DNA from: Candidatus Lambdaproteobacteria bacterium RIFOXYD2_FULL_56_26
GTDB taxonomy: Bacteria > SAR324 > XYD2-FULL-50-16
Direction of reading: 5' to 3'
Length of the DNA stretch: 64,000 nt
NCBI GenBank assembly: GCA_001783715.1
Contig: MFNF01000055.1
Location: 2,849-66,848, forward strand
Shown here: positions 27,487 through 37,284 of the stretch, in pieces
Layout: every line of letters starts with the position of its first letter
Position numbering within the stretch: the stretch's first letter is position 1
Notes under the pieces: generated by a model
Seen by the model: only the letters and a program-made list of their open reading frames with translations
What the model was told of the DNA's origin: nothing
The model's database searches: none
Made by a program: the position numbers and the translations under genes

Positions 27487-29360
27487 TGTGTGGTATTGCA
27501 GGTTTCTTTAATTTCAGTAATGACCGACCCGCCGATCCGCAACTGCTCCAACGAATGCTGAGCCATTTGCTCCACCGGGGGCCAGAAGGACAAGGATGTC
27601 TAATTGAAGGGGCGCTTGCGTTGGGCCACCGGCGACTTTCAATCATTGACCTGCCCGGTGGGCACCAACCAATGAAATCAGCTTGTGGGCGTTATGCCAT
27701 TAGTTTTAATGGTGAAATTTACAATCACAAAGAGCTCCGCGAATTTACCCAGAGCAAAGGATATCAATTTAAAACCCATTCAGACACCGAGGCTATTTTA
27801 AGTCTATATTCCATCGGCATTGAAGCTCCTGAACTAATGCTGCGAGGAATGTTCGCTTTTGCTCTATTTGACTTTCAGGAGCAAAAACTTCTCCTAGTAA
27901 GGGATAGAATGGGCGAAAAACCCCTATTTTACTTTCTTGGCTCTGAAGGGGTGTATTTTGCCTCTGAAATCAAGAGTTTGCTTGAGTTGTCAGGCCGTCA
28001 TGCGAGCGGACAGGCGATTTGGGACTTTCTAAGCTTGGGCTACCTGCCTGGTACCGAATGCGCTTTTGAACATATTGAGCAAGTTCCACCTGCCACAAAA
28101 CTGACAGTGAAAAAAGGTATCAAAGAGAATCGCTATTGGAAGTTAGAATCTAAAGGGCTCCAACATCTTTCTGAGGATCAATGGGCGGATCGTCTGTTTG
28201 AGTCCTTTGCTCAGGCTGTACACTTGCGCCTAGAATCGGATGTGCCGATAGGCCTATATCTAAGCAGTGGATTAGATTCCAATGCGGTGATGGAATGCAT
28301 CCGTCAAACCCGCCCGGGAACGGAAATCAACACCTACACGGCTGGTTTTGAAGAAGTTGATTTTGATGAATCCAAACAAAGTGCGGCCTTTGCTAAAGAC
28401 TTGGGTTTTCAAAATCATCAAGTAGTGATTACCCCCCAGATGATCCAGGAAAGTTTTTCTGATATAGTCGCAAAAGCCGATAATTTACATGCAAATCCGG
28501 CTATGTTTCCACAATACTTTCTTGCCAAACGTGCTTCCATAGATCTCAAGGTTATTTTGACAGGAGGTGGAGGTGATGAATTGATGCTAGGATATCCCAC
28601 ATACTTGGCGGACCGCTATAAGTGGGGCCTAAATTTAATACCAGAGTTTATGCAGGGATTAGCTCGGACTGGGCTCAATCTATTGCCTGCTTCGCACAAA
28701 AAGTTGTCGTTACAATATAAGCTGAAAAAGTTCTTAGACGGTGCCAAATATAGCCCGGAATATGCGCATTATTTCTGGCGCACTATTTTTACAGAAGAAG
28801 ACAAGGCCCAGTTGCTACCCGAAATGGCAAATAGGGACACAGTCTGGTGCTACCAAGCCCAAAGTGGACACATGGAAGGGTACTCCGCATTGGAGGGATT
28901 CGCTTATCAGGACCTGATGGTGTGGTGGGCCAATATGGGGCTTTATCAAGCAGATACCATGGGTATGAGTCACTCCGTAGAAGTTCGTACCCCCATGATG
29001 GATCACGAATTTATGCGTCTCTGTTTCGAGATTCCGGAGCATCTGAAACTTAAAGGCTTTCAAGGAAAAGCGATTTTTCGCAAGGCAATGAGCCGTAATT
29101 CCACTCTGGACTTAATGAAGATGAAAAAAAAAGGGTTTCACGTACCGCTGGCAAGTTGGTTCGCTAATCAACTCCAACCCTGGGTATACCAAAAATTGTC
29201 ACCTGACCGGATTCGAGCCCTAGGTTTTATTCAATATTCGCAAGTTGAAAAATTGATCAAAGGACATGTTAGCCGTAGGGCTGATTTCTCATGGCATTTG
29301 ATCAACCTTTTGGTCCTAGTGGAATGGTACCACCAATACATTCTACAGGAGCCATCATGA
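27486..29360 (+). CDS. Asparagine synthase (glutamine-hydrolysing)-family amidotransferase, AsnB-like
   Basis: MCGIAGFFNF gives the Ntn Cys directly after Met, so ATG 27486 is the start, overlapping the upstream TGA by 1 nt. Also HRGPEG, HRRLSIIDL and the synthetase-domain SSGLDS PP-loop. Confidence 0.9.
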   Translation: MCGIAGFFNFSNDRPADPQLLQRMLSHLLHRGPEGQGCLIEGALALGHRRLSIIDLPGGHQPMKSACGRYAISFNGEIYNHKELREFTQSKGYQFKTHSDTEAILSLYSIGIEAPELMLRGMFAFALFDFQEQKLLLVRDRMGEKPLFYFLGSEGVYFASEIKSLLELSGRHASGQAIWDFLSLGYLPGTECAFEHIEQVPPATKLTVKKGIKENRYWKLESKGLQHLSEDQWADRLFESFAQAVHLRLESDVPIGLYLSSGLDSNAVMECIRQTRPGTEINTYTAGFEEVDFDESKQSAAFAKDLGFQNHQVVITPQMIQESFSDIVAKADNLHANPAMFPQYFLAKRASIDLKVILTGGGGDELMLGYPTYLADRYKWGLNLIPEFMQGLARTGLNLLPASHKKLSLQYKLKKFLDGAKYSPEYAHYFWRTIFTEEDKAQLLPEMANRDTVWCYQAQSGHMEGYSALEGFAYQDLMVWWANMGLYQADTMGMSHSVEVRTPMMDHEFMRLCFEIPEHLKLKGFQGKAIFRKAMSRNSTLDLMKMKKKGFHVPLASWFANQLQPWVYQKLSPDRIRALGFIQYSQVEKLIKGHVSRRADFSWHLINLLVLVEWYHQYILQEPS

Positions 29361-30697
29361 GCCGTTACGCCTTGATTGATTTCCGACACCCTGAGAAAGG
29401 ATTGGCTAATAGAGATCAGACTGGTACTTTCGGCTCCAACATGAAAGCTGGCGGTCTTATAGGCCGGGTGATCGGGAAGATTAAGAGTTCCAGTACTGTG
29501 GTTCCCAACTTGACTCTTGCCTATCTAAAAGCGATTGCGACTCAAGAGGGTAAAAAAGCCGTAATTTATTCAGGGATGCCTCAGGGAGAAGAGTGGATTT
29601 TGATCGCCTCAAGCCTCCACCACTACAAGCTTGAGATTGCCTTAGCTCAAGAGATAAAGAAAGCTTTCCCTCAATCGAAAGTCGGCTTTATCAATGCCTT
29701 TGCGACGACTAATCCAGAACTATTTGAAGAGGTTGCGGATTTTGTAATCTTGGGAGAACCAGAATGGGCGTTGTGGAAGCACTTTCGTGGGGAACAAGAT
29801 TTGGTGGGGCGGGTTGTTTCTGAACCCCAACTGGACCTAGATCAATTGCCCTTTCCCCAGTGGGAGAAAGACAGGCTCTGGGAATACGGTTACTTTCCAG
29901 CGCTAAGTCGGCGACCGTTTTTGACAATTCAGTCCAGCCGAGGCTGTCCTTATGGATGCCATTTTTGTCCCTATCTTGTGCTTCAAGGCTTGCCGTTGCG
30001 CCGGAGATCTAACCAGTTAGTACTAGCGGAGTTGAAACATCTGAAAACAGAATATGGTGTAAAATCAGTACTTTTTCGAGATATTATGTTTAGTTACGAC
30101 ATGAAAGGTACCAAGGAGTTGGTTCAGATGATTGCTCAGGCAAACCTAGGGATTGAATTTGGATGCGAAACTCGCCCCGACCATTTTGATGATGAACTAA
30201 TCGAACTTTTAAAGGCGGCGCAATTTAAAATGGTTAACCTAGGCATTGAGTCGCCACATCGCGATATTCTCAAAGCCAGTGGCCGTAAATCAGTTAAAAA
30301 TAATCGAATAGAAAAGGTAATCAAAAAATTGGAGCGGGCAGGCATCAAGGTACAGGCTTTTTACATTTTAGGATTGCAAGAAGATACCAAGCAAAGCATG
30401 GAGGATACTATCGCCTATAGTCGCAAGCTCAACACCTTTACGGCGCAGTTTTGTATTCTCACCCCCTTTCCAGGAACCAAGTATTATGAAGATTTAGACA
30501 AAAGTTTGCTCTTAACGGATGATTTTGGAAGGTTTACCGAATACGAGCCGGTGGTAGACATTGCAGGCGCAACTCCTGGAGATATCTTGGAGCTGCGTGA
30601 TCTAGCCTTTAGTGGGTACTATATGCGTCCGCAGTGGTTTACCAAACACGGAGTGAGGTTAGGCTTGGAACTCTTGGTAAACATTTTTAAGCACTGA
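29357..30697 (+). CDS. B12-binding-domain radical SAM enzyme, copy 3
   Basis: ATG 29357 overlaps the asnB-like TGA (ATGA). SSRGCPYGCHFCPY (Cx3Cx2C) follows an N-terminal Rossmann-like region; also NLGIESPH... and FYILGLQEDT. Confidence 0.85.
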   Translation: MSRYALIDFRHPEKGLANRDQTGTFGSNMKAGGLIGRVIGKIKSSSTVVPNLTLAYLKAIATQEGKKAVIYSGMPQGEEWILIASSLHHYKLEIALAQEIKKAFPQSKVGFINAFATTNPELFEEVADFVILGEPEWALWKHFRGEQDLVGRVVSEPQLDLDQLPFPQWEKDRLWEYGYFPALSRRPFLTIQSSRGCPYGCHFCPYLVLQGLPLRRRSNQLVLAELKHLKTEYGVKSVLFRDIMFSYDMKGTKELVQMIAQANLGIEFGCETRPDHFDDELIELLKAAQFKMVNLGIESPHRDILKASGRKSVKNNRIEKVIKKLERAGIKVQAFYILGLQEDTKQSMEDTIAYSRKLNTFTAQFCILTPFPGTKYYEDLDKSLLLTDDFGRFTEYEPVVDIAGATPGDILELRDLAFSGYYMRPQWFTKHGVRLGLELLVNIFKH

Positions 30698-30707
30698 GGT
30701 GTTGAAG

Positions 30708-31601
30708 ATGAGCAAACCTAAAATATTGATTACCGGTTGTTCTGGATACTTAGGCCAGCAAATATTCGCTAGTGCCACCGACAGTGGCTTCTCAGCAGTC
30801 GGGACATCCCGTGGTCCTGCGGCCTTGAAAACACCTTTTGTGCAAGCTGACCTTCTTAGAAAGGAAAATCTTGAAACATTACTAGACTCAGTTGATGTGG
30901 TGTTGCATTGCGCTGCGGTCACCCGCTCCAACGATCCAAAACAATTGTTTCAAGGTAATCAAGCTGTAGTTATGGCATTGATTAAAGCATTAAAAATCAG
31001 GCCTCAAATCAAACTTATCTTTTTCAGCACGGATCAAGCCATAGGGCCGATTGGTGCGTATGGGCATTCCAAATTGGAATGTGAGGCATCTATTCAAAGC
31101 GGTTTGGAAAACTACAGTATTTTGCGCCTTGGAGCGATTTTGGGGGATTACCAACCAGAGGGAAATTCAACCTTTTCCAAGTTAACCTCTCAATTGTTGA
31201 AAAAATCGGTCATGCTTTTGCCACAGCAAGGCCGGTTTTTGATGCCACTATCGTTGTATCAAGATATCTGGAACCTGATCAAATTTCTACTGTGTCGTCC
31301 CCAAAAAGAAGCGCTTTTAATTAACTGCTTCCGATATTATGAGCTTCACCATGTTTTGAAACTCTTAGCCGAAGGTCTACCTAGGTCGGCAAAAATCATA
31401 CCCGTCCCCTTGGGGCCCATAAAAATCCTTGCCAAGGTAATGATCGCAGCCAATTTGTTACCTAAGCTACCTTGGGTAGGTTTGGCAAATATAGGTAGCA
31501 TTGCAGAACCCCGAGACGGGATAGGTTTTGATCAATTTCAATTACCTAAGGTAAGAATAGAAGATCAGATCCAATTAATGCTCAAGCAGCTCAAGGCTTA
31601 G
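30708..31601 (+). CDS. NAD(P)-dependent epimerase/dehydratase-like SDR
   Basis: KILITGCSGYLGQQI Rossmann motif, VLHCAA, and YGHSKLECE (YxxxK). AGGTG lies 6 nt upstream of ATG 30708. Confidence 0.7.
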   Translation: MSKPKILITGCSGYLGQQIFASATDSGFSAVGTSRGPAALKTPFVQADLLRKENLETLLDSVDVVLHCAAVTRSNDPKQLFQGNQAVVMALIKALKIRPQIKLIFFSTDQAIGPIGAYGHSKLECEASIQSGLENYSILRLGAILGDYQPEGNSTFSKLTSQLLKKSVMLLPQQGRFLMPLSLYQDIWNLIKFLLCRPQKEALLINCFRYYELHHVLKLLAEGLPRSAKIIPVPLGPIKILAKVMIAANLLPKLPWVGLANIGSIAEPRDGIGFDQFQLPKVRIEDQIQLMLKQLKA

Positions 31602-31606
31602 GCTTG

Positions 31607-32599
31607 ATGAGAACAATACTACGGCTAGTAGCAAAATTCCTGTTTCTGGGGTTGATTTTGGGGTACTTGATTTACTCGGGCCACCTAAATCCAGGAAAGC
31701 TGTTTCTTTTTACAGAAATGCCTCTGTTTTTTGGTTTAATGTTTGCGAACGTGGCACTGGGTATGTTGGGGCTCAATGCGGTTCGGTGGTGGGTTTTGCT
31801 AAAAAGCCTCTCTATCCATTTGATGTTCAGGCGGGTGCTTGCGATCACCATGATCAGCTTTTTCTTCAATATTTCAATGCCTGGGACGATAGCACAGGAC
31901 GCTATTCGTAGCCTGTATATCTTAAAAGAAAAGGAAAAGACCTCACAAACCGTACCTCTAGTGATGTCGGTTATACTTGACCGCTTTTTGGGTTTTTTCG
32001 GGGTGATTTTGTCGTTTCTTGCAGGGGTTCTTTGGTTACCCGAAGAATTGAATATAAATCCAATAATTTATTATACTGTATGGACCGTTGGCTTCTGTTC
32101 TTTTTGTGGGATTTTCACAATATCTATTTTTGTCTTACCCCTTTCTGAGATAGACCAATTTATCGTGATACTGGCGAGGGTTCCCATAATCGGAAGCCAT
32201 TTGATCCAGATTGCTTTGGCCCTACGAGCATATAAGGGCAAGTGGGGTGTTTTGTCGATAGCCATGGGGTTATCAATACTCACTCAAGTTATTTTTGTTT
32301 TTGTCATGACTGTTGGATATCAACTACTCACTAGGCAATCTCTTCCTTTTTCTGTACATATGTTTGTCGTGCCGATTGGTGAGTTGGCAACGATTTTGCC
32401 GTTAACTCCCGCCGGGGCGGGGATAGGGCATGTGTCATATGACTATTTGTATCACATGTTTGGCGGAAAAATGGGGGCCGATTTATTCAATCTATATTTT
32501 TGTATGGTGCTCTTGGTAGGTTCCATTGGTGGACTTCCATACCTTTTGATTAAGCCGAAAAAAATGAATAAGGAAGACCTTTTGACTACGTCCCAGTAA
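31607..32599 (+). CDS. UPF0104 / flippase-like membrane protein, copy 2
   Basis: Polytopic, with VRWWVL...PGTIAQDAIRSLY and PIGELATILPLTPAGAGIGHV...GADLFNL...GGLPYLL, collinear with 2465-3457. ATG 31607 is preceded by an in-frame TTG 31604. Confidence 0.7.
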   Translation: MRTILRLVAKFLFLGLILGYLIYSGHLNPGKLFLFTEMPLFFGLMFANVALGMLGLNAVRWWVLLKSLSIHLMFRRVLAITMISFFFNISMPGTIAQDAIRSLYILKEKEKTSQTVPLVMSVILDRFLGFFGVILSFLAGVLWLPEELNINPIIYYTVWTVGFCSFCGIFTISIFVLPLSEIDQFIVILARVPIIGSHLIQIALALRAYKGKWGVLSIAMGLSILTQVIFVFVMTVGYQLLTRQSLPFSVHMFVVPIGELATILPLTPAGAGIGHVSYDYLYHMFGGKMGADLFNLYFCMVLLVGSIGGLPYLLIKPKKMNKEDLLTTSQ

Positions 32600-32769
32600 A
32601 ACTAAAAATCCACTCCGCCTCATTTTATAACGGAACGAAATTTTCGAACAAAATTTGGAGTTGGCCTAAGGTGAACCTCAAAAACTGGACAATGGAGTCC
32701 ACTTTATTCTAAAAGGACGGGAAACCTGTCCAGGTAAGAGGTACTACTTTAGTGCTTACGGAGATTATC

Positions 32770-33531
32770 ATGAATCAGTCGTATGCTGTTAGGTTGCTAT
32801 TGGGGCTATTGCTGTTTTTTGGATTATCTTTCACATCAGTTGGATTCGCTTGGGACGCAATGACCGAAGATGGGGCCGAGTTTCCCAACAAAGACCGGTA
32901 CTTCCCCAAGGTGATGGTCCAGTACCAAAGGGTACTTTTTTTGTGGGACGATTTGGTGGACTACCGCCAGGATGTTTGGGGGGACAACCAAAACGGAAAG
33001 GTCACCCTACGTACCGAAAAGCGAGCCCGGACCAGCCACGGGGTCACGGACTATTTGGACAATGGCAAGCTGATCCTCAAAAACCAGGAAATGGTTTGGC
33101 TGTTAAAACGGCTGAACTTTGGGCAGTTTGAATGTCGTTGGTGCGGGTTGGGAAAAGCGGAACCGGGCAACGACAAGTTCATTGGCTTTGGGGACCCAGC
33201 CGAAGGGTATGCCGCAGGTTATAGGCTTTACAGCGGTGACAAAGGACCGGGGTTGTATGTGTTTTTGGTCAACCAAGGCCAAGCCAAAACCGTGGCCATT
33301 CCCTGGAACGATGACTTTGCCGCCAGTACCAGGTACATCGTTTCTTGGAGCCCAGGGAAGTTTGATTTTTACCTGATCACCGCTACCAAGTTCATCCATG
33401 CGGCCACCATCGCCGAAGCGGACATCGCCGTAGTGGGGATTCCCAAGATCAACATGGAGATCTCCCTGCAAAGTATCTCGGGTCCCAATGAGGTCATGGC
33501 GGACCTGATCAAATACGATGCCTATCCTTAA
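32770..33531 (+). CDS. Secreted hypothetical protein (signal peptide; beta-rich, possibly lectin/jelly-roll-like)
   Basis: ATG 32770 is preceded by GGAG. Signal-like N-terminus AVRLLLGLLLFFGLSFTSVGFA. The remainder has no family I can name. Confidence 0.55.
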   Translation: MNQSYAVRLLLGLLLFFGLSFTSVGFAWDAMTEDGAEFPNKDRYFPKVMVQYQRVLFLWDDLVDYRQDVWGDNQNGKVTLRTEKRARTSHGVTDYLDNGKLILKNQEMVWLLKRLNFGQFECRWCGLGKAEPGNDKFIGFGDPAEGYAAGYRLYSGDKGPGLYVFLVNQGQAKTVAIPWNDDFAASTRYIVSWSPGKFDFYLITATKFIHAATIAEADIAVVGIPKINMEISLQSISGPNEVMADLIKYDAYP

Positions 33532-33617
33532 GTCCGGCCACCGGTAGGTTCCCGGCGGCCAAACCCCTTGGGGCTGTTCATGGATGCCGGTCCAGCGGTG
33601 GCCTTGGGTCCATGCCG

Positions 33618-36311
33618 CTAGGGCTGGACAAAGTCCACCTTCAAGGTGAGCGGGTTGGTTTTGACCGCCCAGAGCTGGCTGTTTTCCCCGGAAAAATCAA
33701 ACCGCACCCACAACCGCTTTCCGGTCACGGCGGTTTGCCCGGACAGCTCCCGCTCGTAAATTCCCGTCCAAATGCCTCGCCCATCGCTGGCCAAACGGCC
33801 CATAGAACGGAATTGGGTCCCGTTGGTCGAAATGCTGATCCCTATAAAGTTGACCATCTCCGGGTCGTTGTGGACCCTGGGGAAGCTGGTAAAGGCCAAG
33901 GTCTTCATCTCTTTTTGGCCGCGAAGTTCAAAGGTCAAGCTGGCCGGGTTAGGGGAGTTGGGGGCAAACCAGCTCCAGTCTCCGGCCACAAACAACCCCA
34001 GCCCTTCGGCACCACCGCTTTCCAGTTGGGCTTGGGAAACCAGGAGTTTGACCTCCTCAGAAGCCCCGTTGGCCGCCAAATCCAGGATTTGGGCCTTGGG
34101 GGTTGGCACCCATACGGTTGAAGCTGGCACCAGTCGCCAGTCATAGGTCTCTTCCAGCAAGGCGGGAGCCGTCCCGGAGCCGGGCCGAGCCGATTGGTAG
34201 GCTTGGCTGCCTTGGGAACAACGGCAGGGAGACTGTTTGACGAACACACCTTCCCCTTTGGCTTGGAGCGCCAGACCATAAAATCCACGGGGGTCCATTT
34301 TGAGGCCAGAAAACTCCAACCGCACTTTTCCGCTTGGGTTGACGCTGGCCTTACCTAAAACCTGGGTTGCCCCACCCATAGGATTGGCCGGGTCCAAGGC
34401 CAGAACTTCGGCGGTGACGTTGCCCGTGGCAAGCCCGTCCTGACGCAACTCCAGTTCCACCGCCTCCAGGGCCGGGAAGGGGAAACGGAAGGTTTGGACC
34501 AAGGGCTCGGTGCCCAGAGGAATCCAGGTGGACTCTTGGGTTAGGGAGGCGTTCACGACATACACCGCCTGGAGCGGGATCCCCCTGGAGGTATAATTGA
34601 TCCGAACCGGTTCCAACTTGGGGTGGAGTTGGGCAAAGCGGAGCAGATCATCGTAGTCGTTGCCGTAGTTGGCAGGTTTGCCGGGAATCTTTGCCCCCGC
34701 TTGGTCCAGGGAAAAGAGGTAAAGGATTTTTTGTACTCCCCGGTCAAACTGCTCCTGTTCCCATAACCGCATTTCCGAGAGTTGGTACTCTTTGGCCCCT
34801 AACAACCCCGCCCAGGAATGGACCCTGTATTCTCCGTGGGTCAGGAAAAACAGCGGGGCATTGGGGATCAAGGTCGAGTGGCCCAGCACCACCAACACCT
34901 GCTCCGGCGGACCGGCTTTAAGCACCTCTTGGGCCAACACTTCGCTGTGGATAGCTCCCCAAAGGTTGGCATCGTCCTGCCGGTAGTCTACATAATAATT
35001 TTTGTAGGTCATCAGGCTGCTGATCCCAAAGACTAGCCCGGCCAACAGCCACAGTCCTCGCCCTCGGCCCAGGGCAGTCCACTTCTGTTCCAACCAACCT
35101 GCGGCCAAGAGCATCCCCTCGACACAAAGGGCATACAGGGCCGGAAGGACCACCACAAAGTAACGGATCTCATAGGTGATCAAAAAGGCAAATACCGTCC
35201 AAGACACCCAGAACCAAGTGAACCAAAGTTTGTCGGCTGAACTGCGGCGAACAAAGGCCCGACCCAGGCCCAACAGGAAAAAGGGCAACAGGACCCGTTG
35301 GAGCTGGGTTGCCCCGACCAATGTAAAGTTGGGCATGTCGGTGCCAAAGGGAGCCGGATAGGGGGGCATCGACCAAAAGAGGACCCGGAGCGACATCAGG
35401 GGATTGTTCCACAAAAAGGCGGCTCCCTTGGCGACCGGGTTTTCATCGGTGCCCCGGTCCAGGTAGTAGGCATAGGTTTGGATTAGATTGCCCCAGGGGT
35501 TAGGGGTCAAGGCGGCGGAAAAAAGGATGGAGCCCAGCACAAACACCCCAAGAGCCAGCAAGGCCCCCAGCCAGAGGTATTTTCCCTTTAAAAAAGTTAA
35601 ACTCCCACTGTCCCAAACCAACCAAACCAGCAGAATCAACGGGAACACAAACACCGAAGGGTAACAATTGAGCAGTGCAAACCCGTAGGCCAAGCCGCCC
35701 CAAAGGAAATAAACCGGACGTTTTTGGCTGTATCCCCTAAAAAAAGCCCCCAAGGTCAAGGCTCCAAAGAGCGCTCCAAAAACAGTTGGGGTAAACACGG
35801 TTCGGCCCAAGAGCAGCAGGACCAAGGACTGGCTGGCAAACAAGGTTGCCAAGAGGGCCGATTGGGTCCCCGAGATTCGGGCTACTGTCTTGTAAAGTAC
35901 CGCCAAAAAGGCCAGGGACAAAACTGCAGCGGAAAAATGGATGGCAAAGGCATTGGCCCCAAAGAGCCAAAATGCGGCCCCCAGCCAGAGGGTCTGCAAG
36001 GGGTAAAGGTCGGGGATCAGGTAGGCGGTGTGCATGGGCAGGTTAGGCCCCAGCGCCATTTGGGACCACCGCTGGATCATATAGGGGCCAAAGTCCAGGT
36101 GGGCTCTGTAAGCTTGGTAAAAAAGTTCGGTCGCCAAGCCCAGGACCGCCTCTCCGTTTTCCAGGGGAGGAAAGTTGTGGATGTCCCAAAAGAGAAAAAA
36201 CAAGCCGTTGGCCAGGACCAAGAGAAACAAAGCGATCTTTGTGGTCGGTTTTTGTGGAACCATCTTTGATTTCCGGGAAATTCTTGTTGTGGCCTTGGCC
36301 GCTGAGGTCAA
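33618..36311 (-). CDS. GT-C fold membrane glycosyltransferase (ArnT/PMT, GT39/83-like) with a ~440-aa extracytoplasmic C-terminal region
   Basis: 897 aa. About 12 N-terminal TM helices with a first-loop acidic motif (FPPLENGEAV), then a long soluble region. The start is TTG 36311 or ATG 36263. Confidence 0.65.
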   Translation of the reverse strand: MTSAAKATTRISRKSKMVPQKPTTKIALFLLVLANGLFFLFWDIHNFPPLENGEAVLGLATELFYQAYRAHLDFGPYMIQRWSQMALGPNLPMHTAYLIPDLYPLQTLWLGAAFWLFGANAFAIHFSAAVLSLAFLAVLYKTVARISGTQSALLATLFASQSLVLLLLGRTVFTPTVFGALFGALTLGAFFRGYSQKRPVYFLWGGLAYGFALLNCYPSVFVFPLILLVWLVWDSGSLTFLKGKYLWLGALLALGVFVLGSILFSAALTPNPWGNLIQTYAYYLDRGTDENPVAKGAAFLWNNPLMSLRVLFWSMPPYPAPFGTDMPNFTLVGATQLQRVLLPFFLLGLGRAFVRRSSADKLWFTWFWVSWTVFAFLITYEIRYFVVVLPALYALCVEGMLLAAGWLEQKWTALGRGRGLWLLAGLVFGISSLMTYKNYYVDYRQDDANLWGAIHSEVLAQEVLKAGPPEQVLVVLGHSTLIPNAPLFFLTHGEYRVHSWAGLLGAKEYQLSEMRLWEQEQFDRGVQKILYLFSLDQAGAKIPGKPANYGNDYDDLLRFAQLHPKLEPVRINYTSRGIPLQAVYVVNASLTQESTWIPLGTEPLVQTFRFPFPALEAVELELRQDGLATGNVTAEVLALDPANPMGGATQVLGKASVNPSGKVRLEFSGLKMDPRGFYGLALQAKGEGVFVKQSPCRCSQGSQAYQSARPGSGTAPALLEETYDWRLVPASTVWVPTPKAQILDLAANGASEEVKLLVSQAQLESGGAEGLGLFVAGDWSWFAPNSPNPASLTFELRGQKEMKTLAFTSFPRVHNDPEMVNFIGISISTNGTQFRSMGRLASDGRGIWTGIYERELSGQTAVTGKRLWVRFDFSGENSQLWAVKTNPLTLKVDFVQP

Positions 36312-36326
36312 GGCTGTGAACCGTTT

Positions 36327-37283
36327 TTAGGGCGAAGGTTTTTTTCTGCGGTCCCATACCAAATAGGCCAGACCGGCGAGCAGGAAAAATCCGCTCGCTA
36401 GACTGCCCAGGAAATAATACCGTTGGGGCAAAAATTCGAGCACCAGATCAAACTCGTAGCCTGCTTCCGGGGTCCCCTCCAGCAGTCCTGCCTTTTTGAG
36501 GGCTTCCAGGTCGATCCACCAAAAGTTCCCGAACTCCCCGTATTTGCCGTGGCTTTCCCCAAACCAAGGTTGGGCTCCGATCAAGGAGTACCAAGCCGGG
36601 GGTGTAAGATTGTTGTTTTGCAGGCTATTGTAAAAAGGTTTGGAGATAAAGTCCACCTGGTAGTCTTCCGTCCTTTTTTCCACCTCCCCTTGCCGGTAGT
36701 CGTACAGGGGCCGTTGTTTGGGGCTCAGGTCCCCCAGGTCGCTGACCCAACCCTTGGCGAGCATTGCCTGAAGTTCCTTCCAGTTGGCCTGCCCCACTTG
36801 GTTGCCTTCGAGGACCTTGTACTCTTCTTTCTGCAGCTCGGGCGGGCGCTGGGCCGTGCGGGGGCGGAAATAGACCTTCCAGTGGTGGTGGTAGGAGGCC
36901 AGAAAGACTAACGGGAAGCTTTGTTTGGCCCCATGGACCCGGAGGTAGTAGGTAGAGGAGGAATGCCTGACGAACTCCAGCACCGGAACAGGGCCGGTAA
37001 ACCTTGGGTAAATCCGAAAGTCTTCGGAGGCGGTTGGGTTGGGTCCCAGAGGGACTCCGGCCGATTGTAGCAAACCGCTCAGTTGGGTTTGCTCGGCGGC
37101 ACTTTTGGCGCTCAGGTAGGACCAACTCGGCTCGGCCCCGGCGGATGTGGGGCAAAGGGTCCACCAGAGCCCGGCCACAAAGCCCAAAGCCCAAGTCCGG
37201 GGACGAAGGACCCAGCCCCTAAGAGGCACCGAAGGTCGATTGGACGGGCACCAGCCCAAAGGTTGAGGGGAAGTTTCGGTCAT
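36327..37283 (-). CDS. Hypothetical membrane-anchored protein resembling the C-terminal extracytoplasmic module of YfhO-type proteins
   Basis: Start at ATG 37283, 1 nt after the upstream stop. N-terminal hydrophobic segment. YYLRVHGAKQSFPLVFLASYHHHWKVY resembles the ...Y/F-x-P-x-W-x-A... stretch of the two YfhO-like proteins. C-terminal TM FLGSLASGFFLLAGLAYLVW. Confidence 0.45.
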   Translation of the reverse strand: MTETSPQPLGWCPSNRPSVPLRGWVLRPRTWALGFVAGLWWTLCPTSAGAEPSWSYLSAKSAAEQTQLSGLLQSAGVPLGPNPTASEDFRIYPRFTGPVPVLEFVRHSSSTYYLRVHGAKQSFPLVFLASYHHHWKVYFRPRTAQRPPELQKEEYKVLEGNQVGQANWKELQAMLAKGWVSDLGDLSPKQRPLYDYRQGEVEKRTEDYQVDFISKPFYNSLQNNNLTPPAWYSLIGAQPWFGESHGKYGEFGNFWWIDLEALKKAGLLEGTPEAGYEFDLVLEFLPQRYYFLGSLASGFFLLAGLAYLVWDRRKKPSP

Positions 37284-37284
37284 T

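Noticed and set aside
26375-32850. Low-GC block as a mobile element or genomic island in the strict sense
   Set aside because: The compositional shift is clear. However, there is no integrase, transposase, tRNA target or flanking direct repeat that I could recognise, so it is reported as a compositional island only.
33536-33560. GC-rich hairpin (GGCCACCGG-N7-CCGGCGGCC, one A/C mismatch) between convergent genes as a bidirectional terminator
   Set aside because: There is no U-tract on either strand. GC-rich DNA yields such stems by chance.
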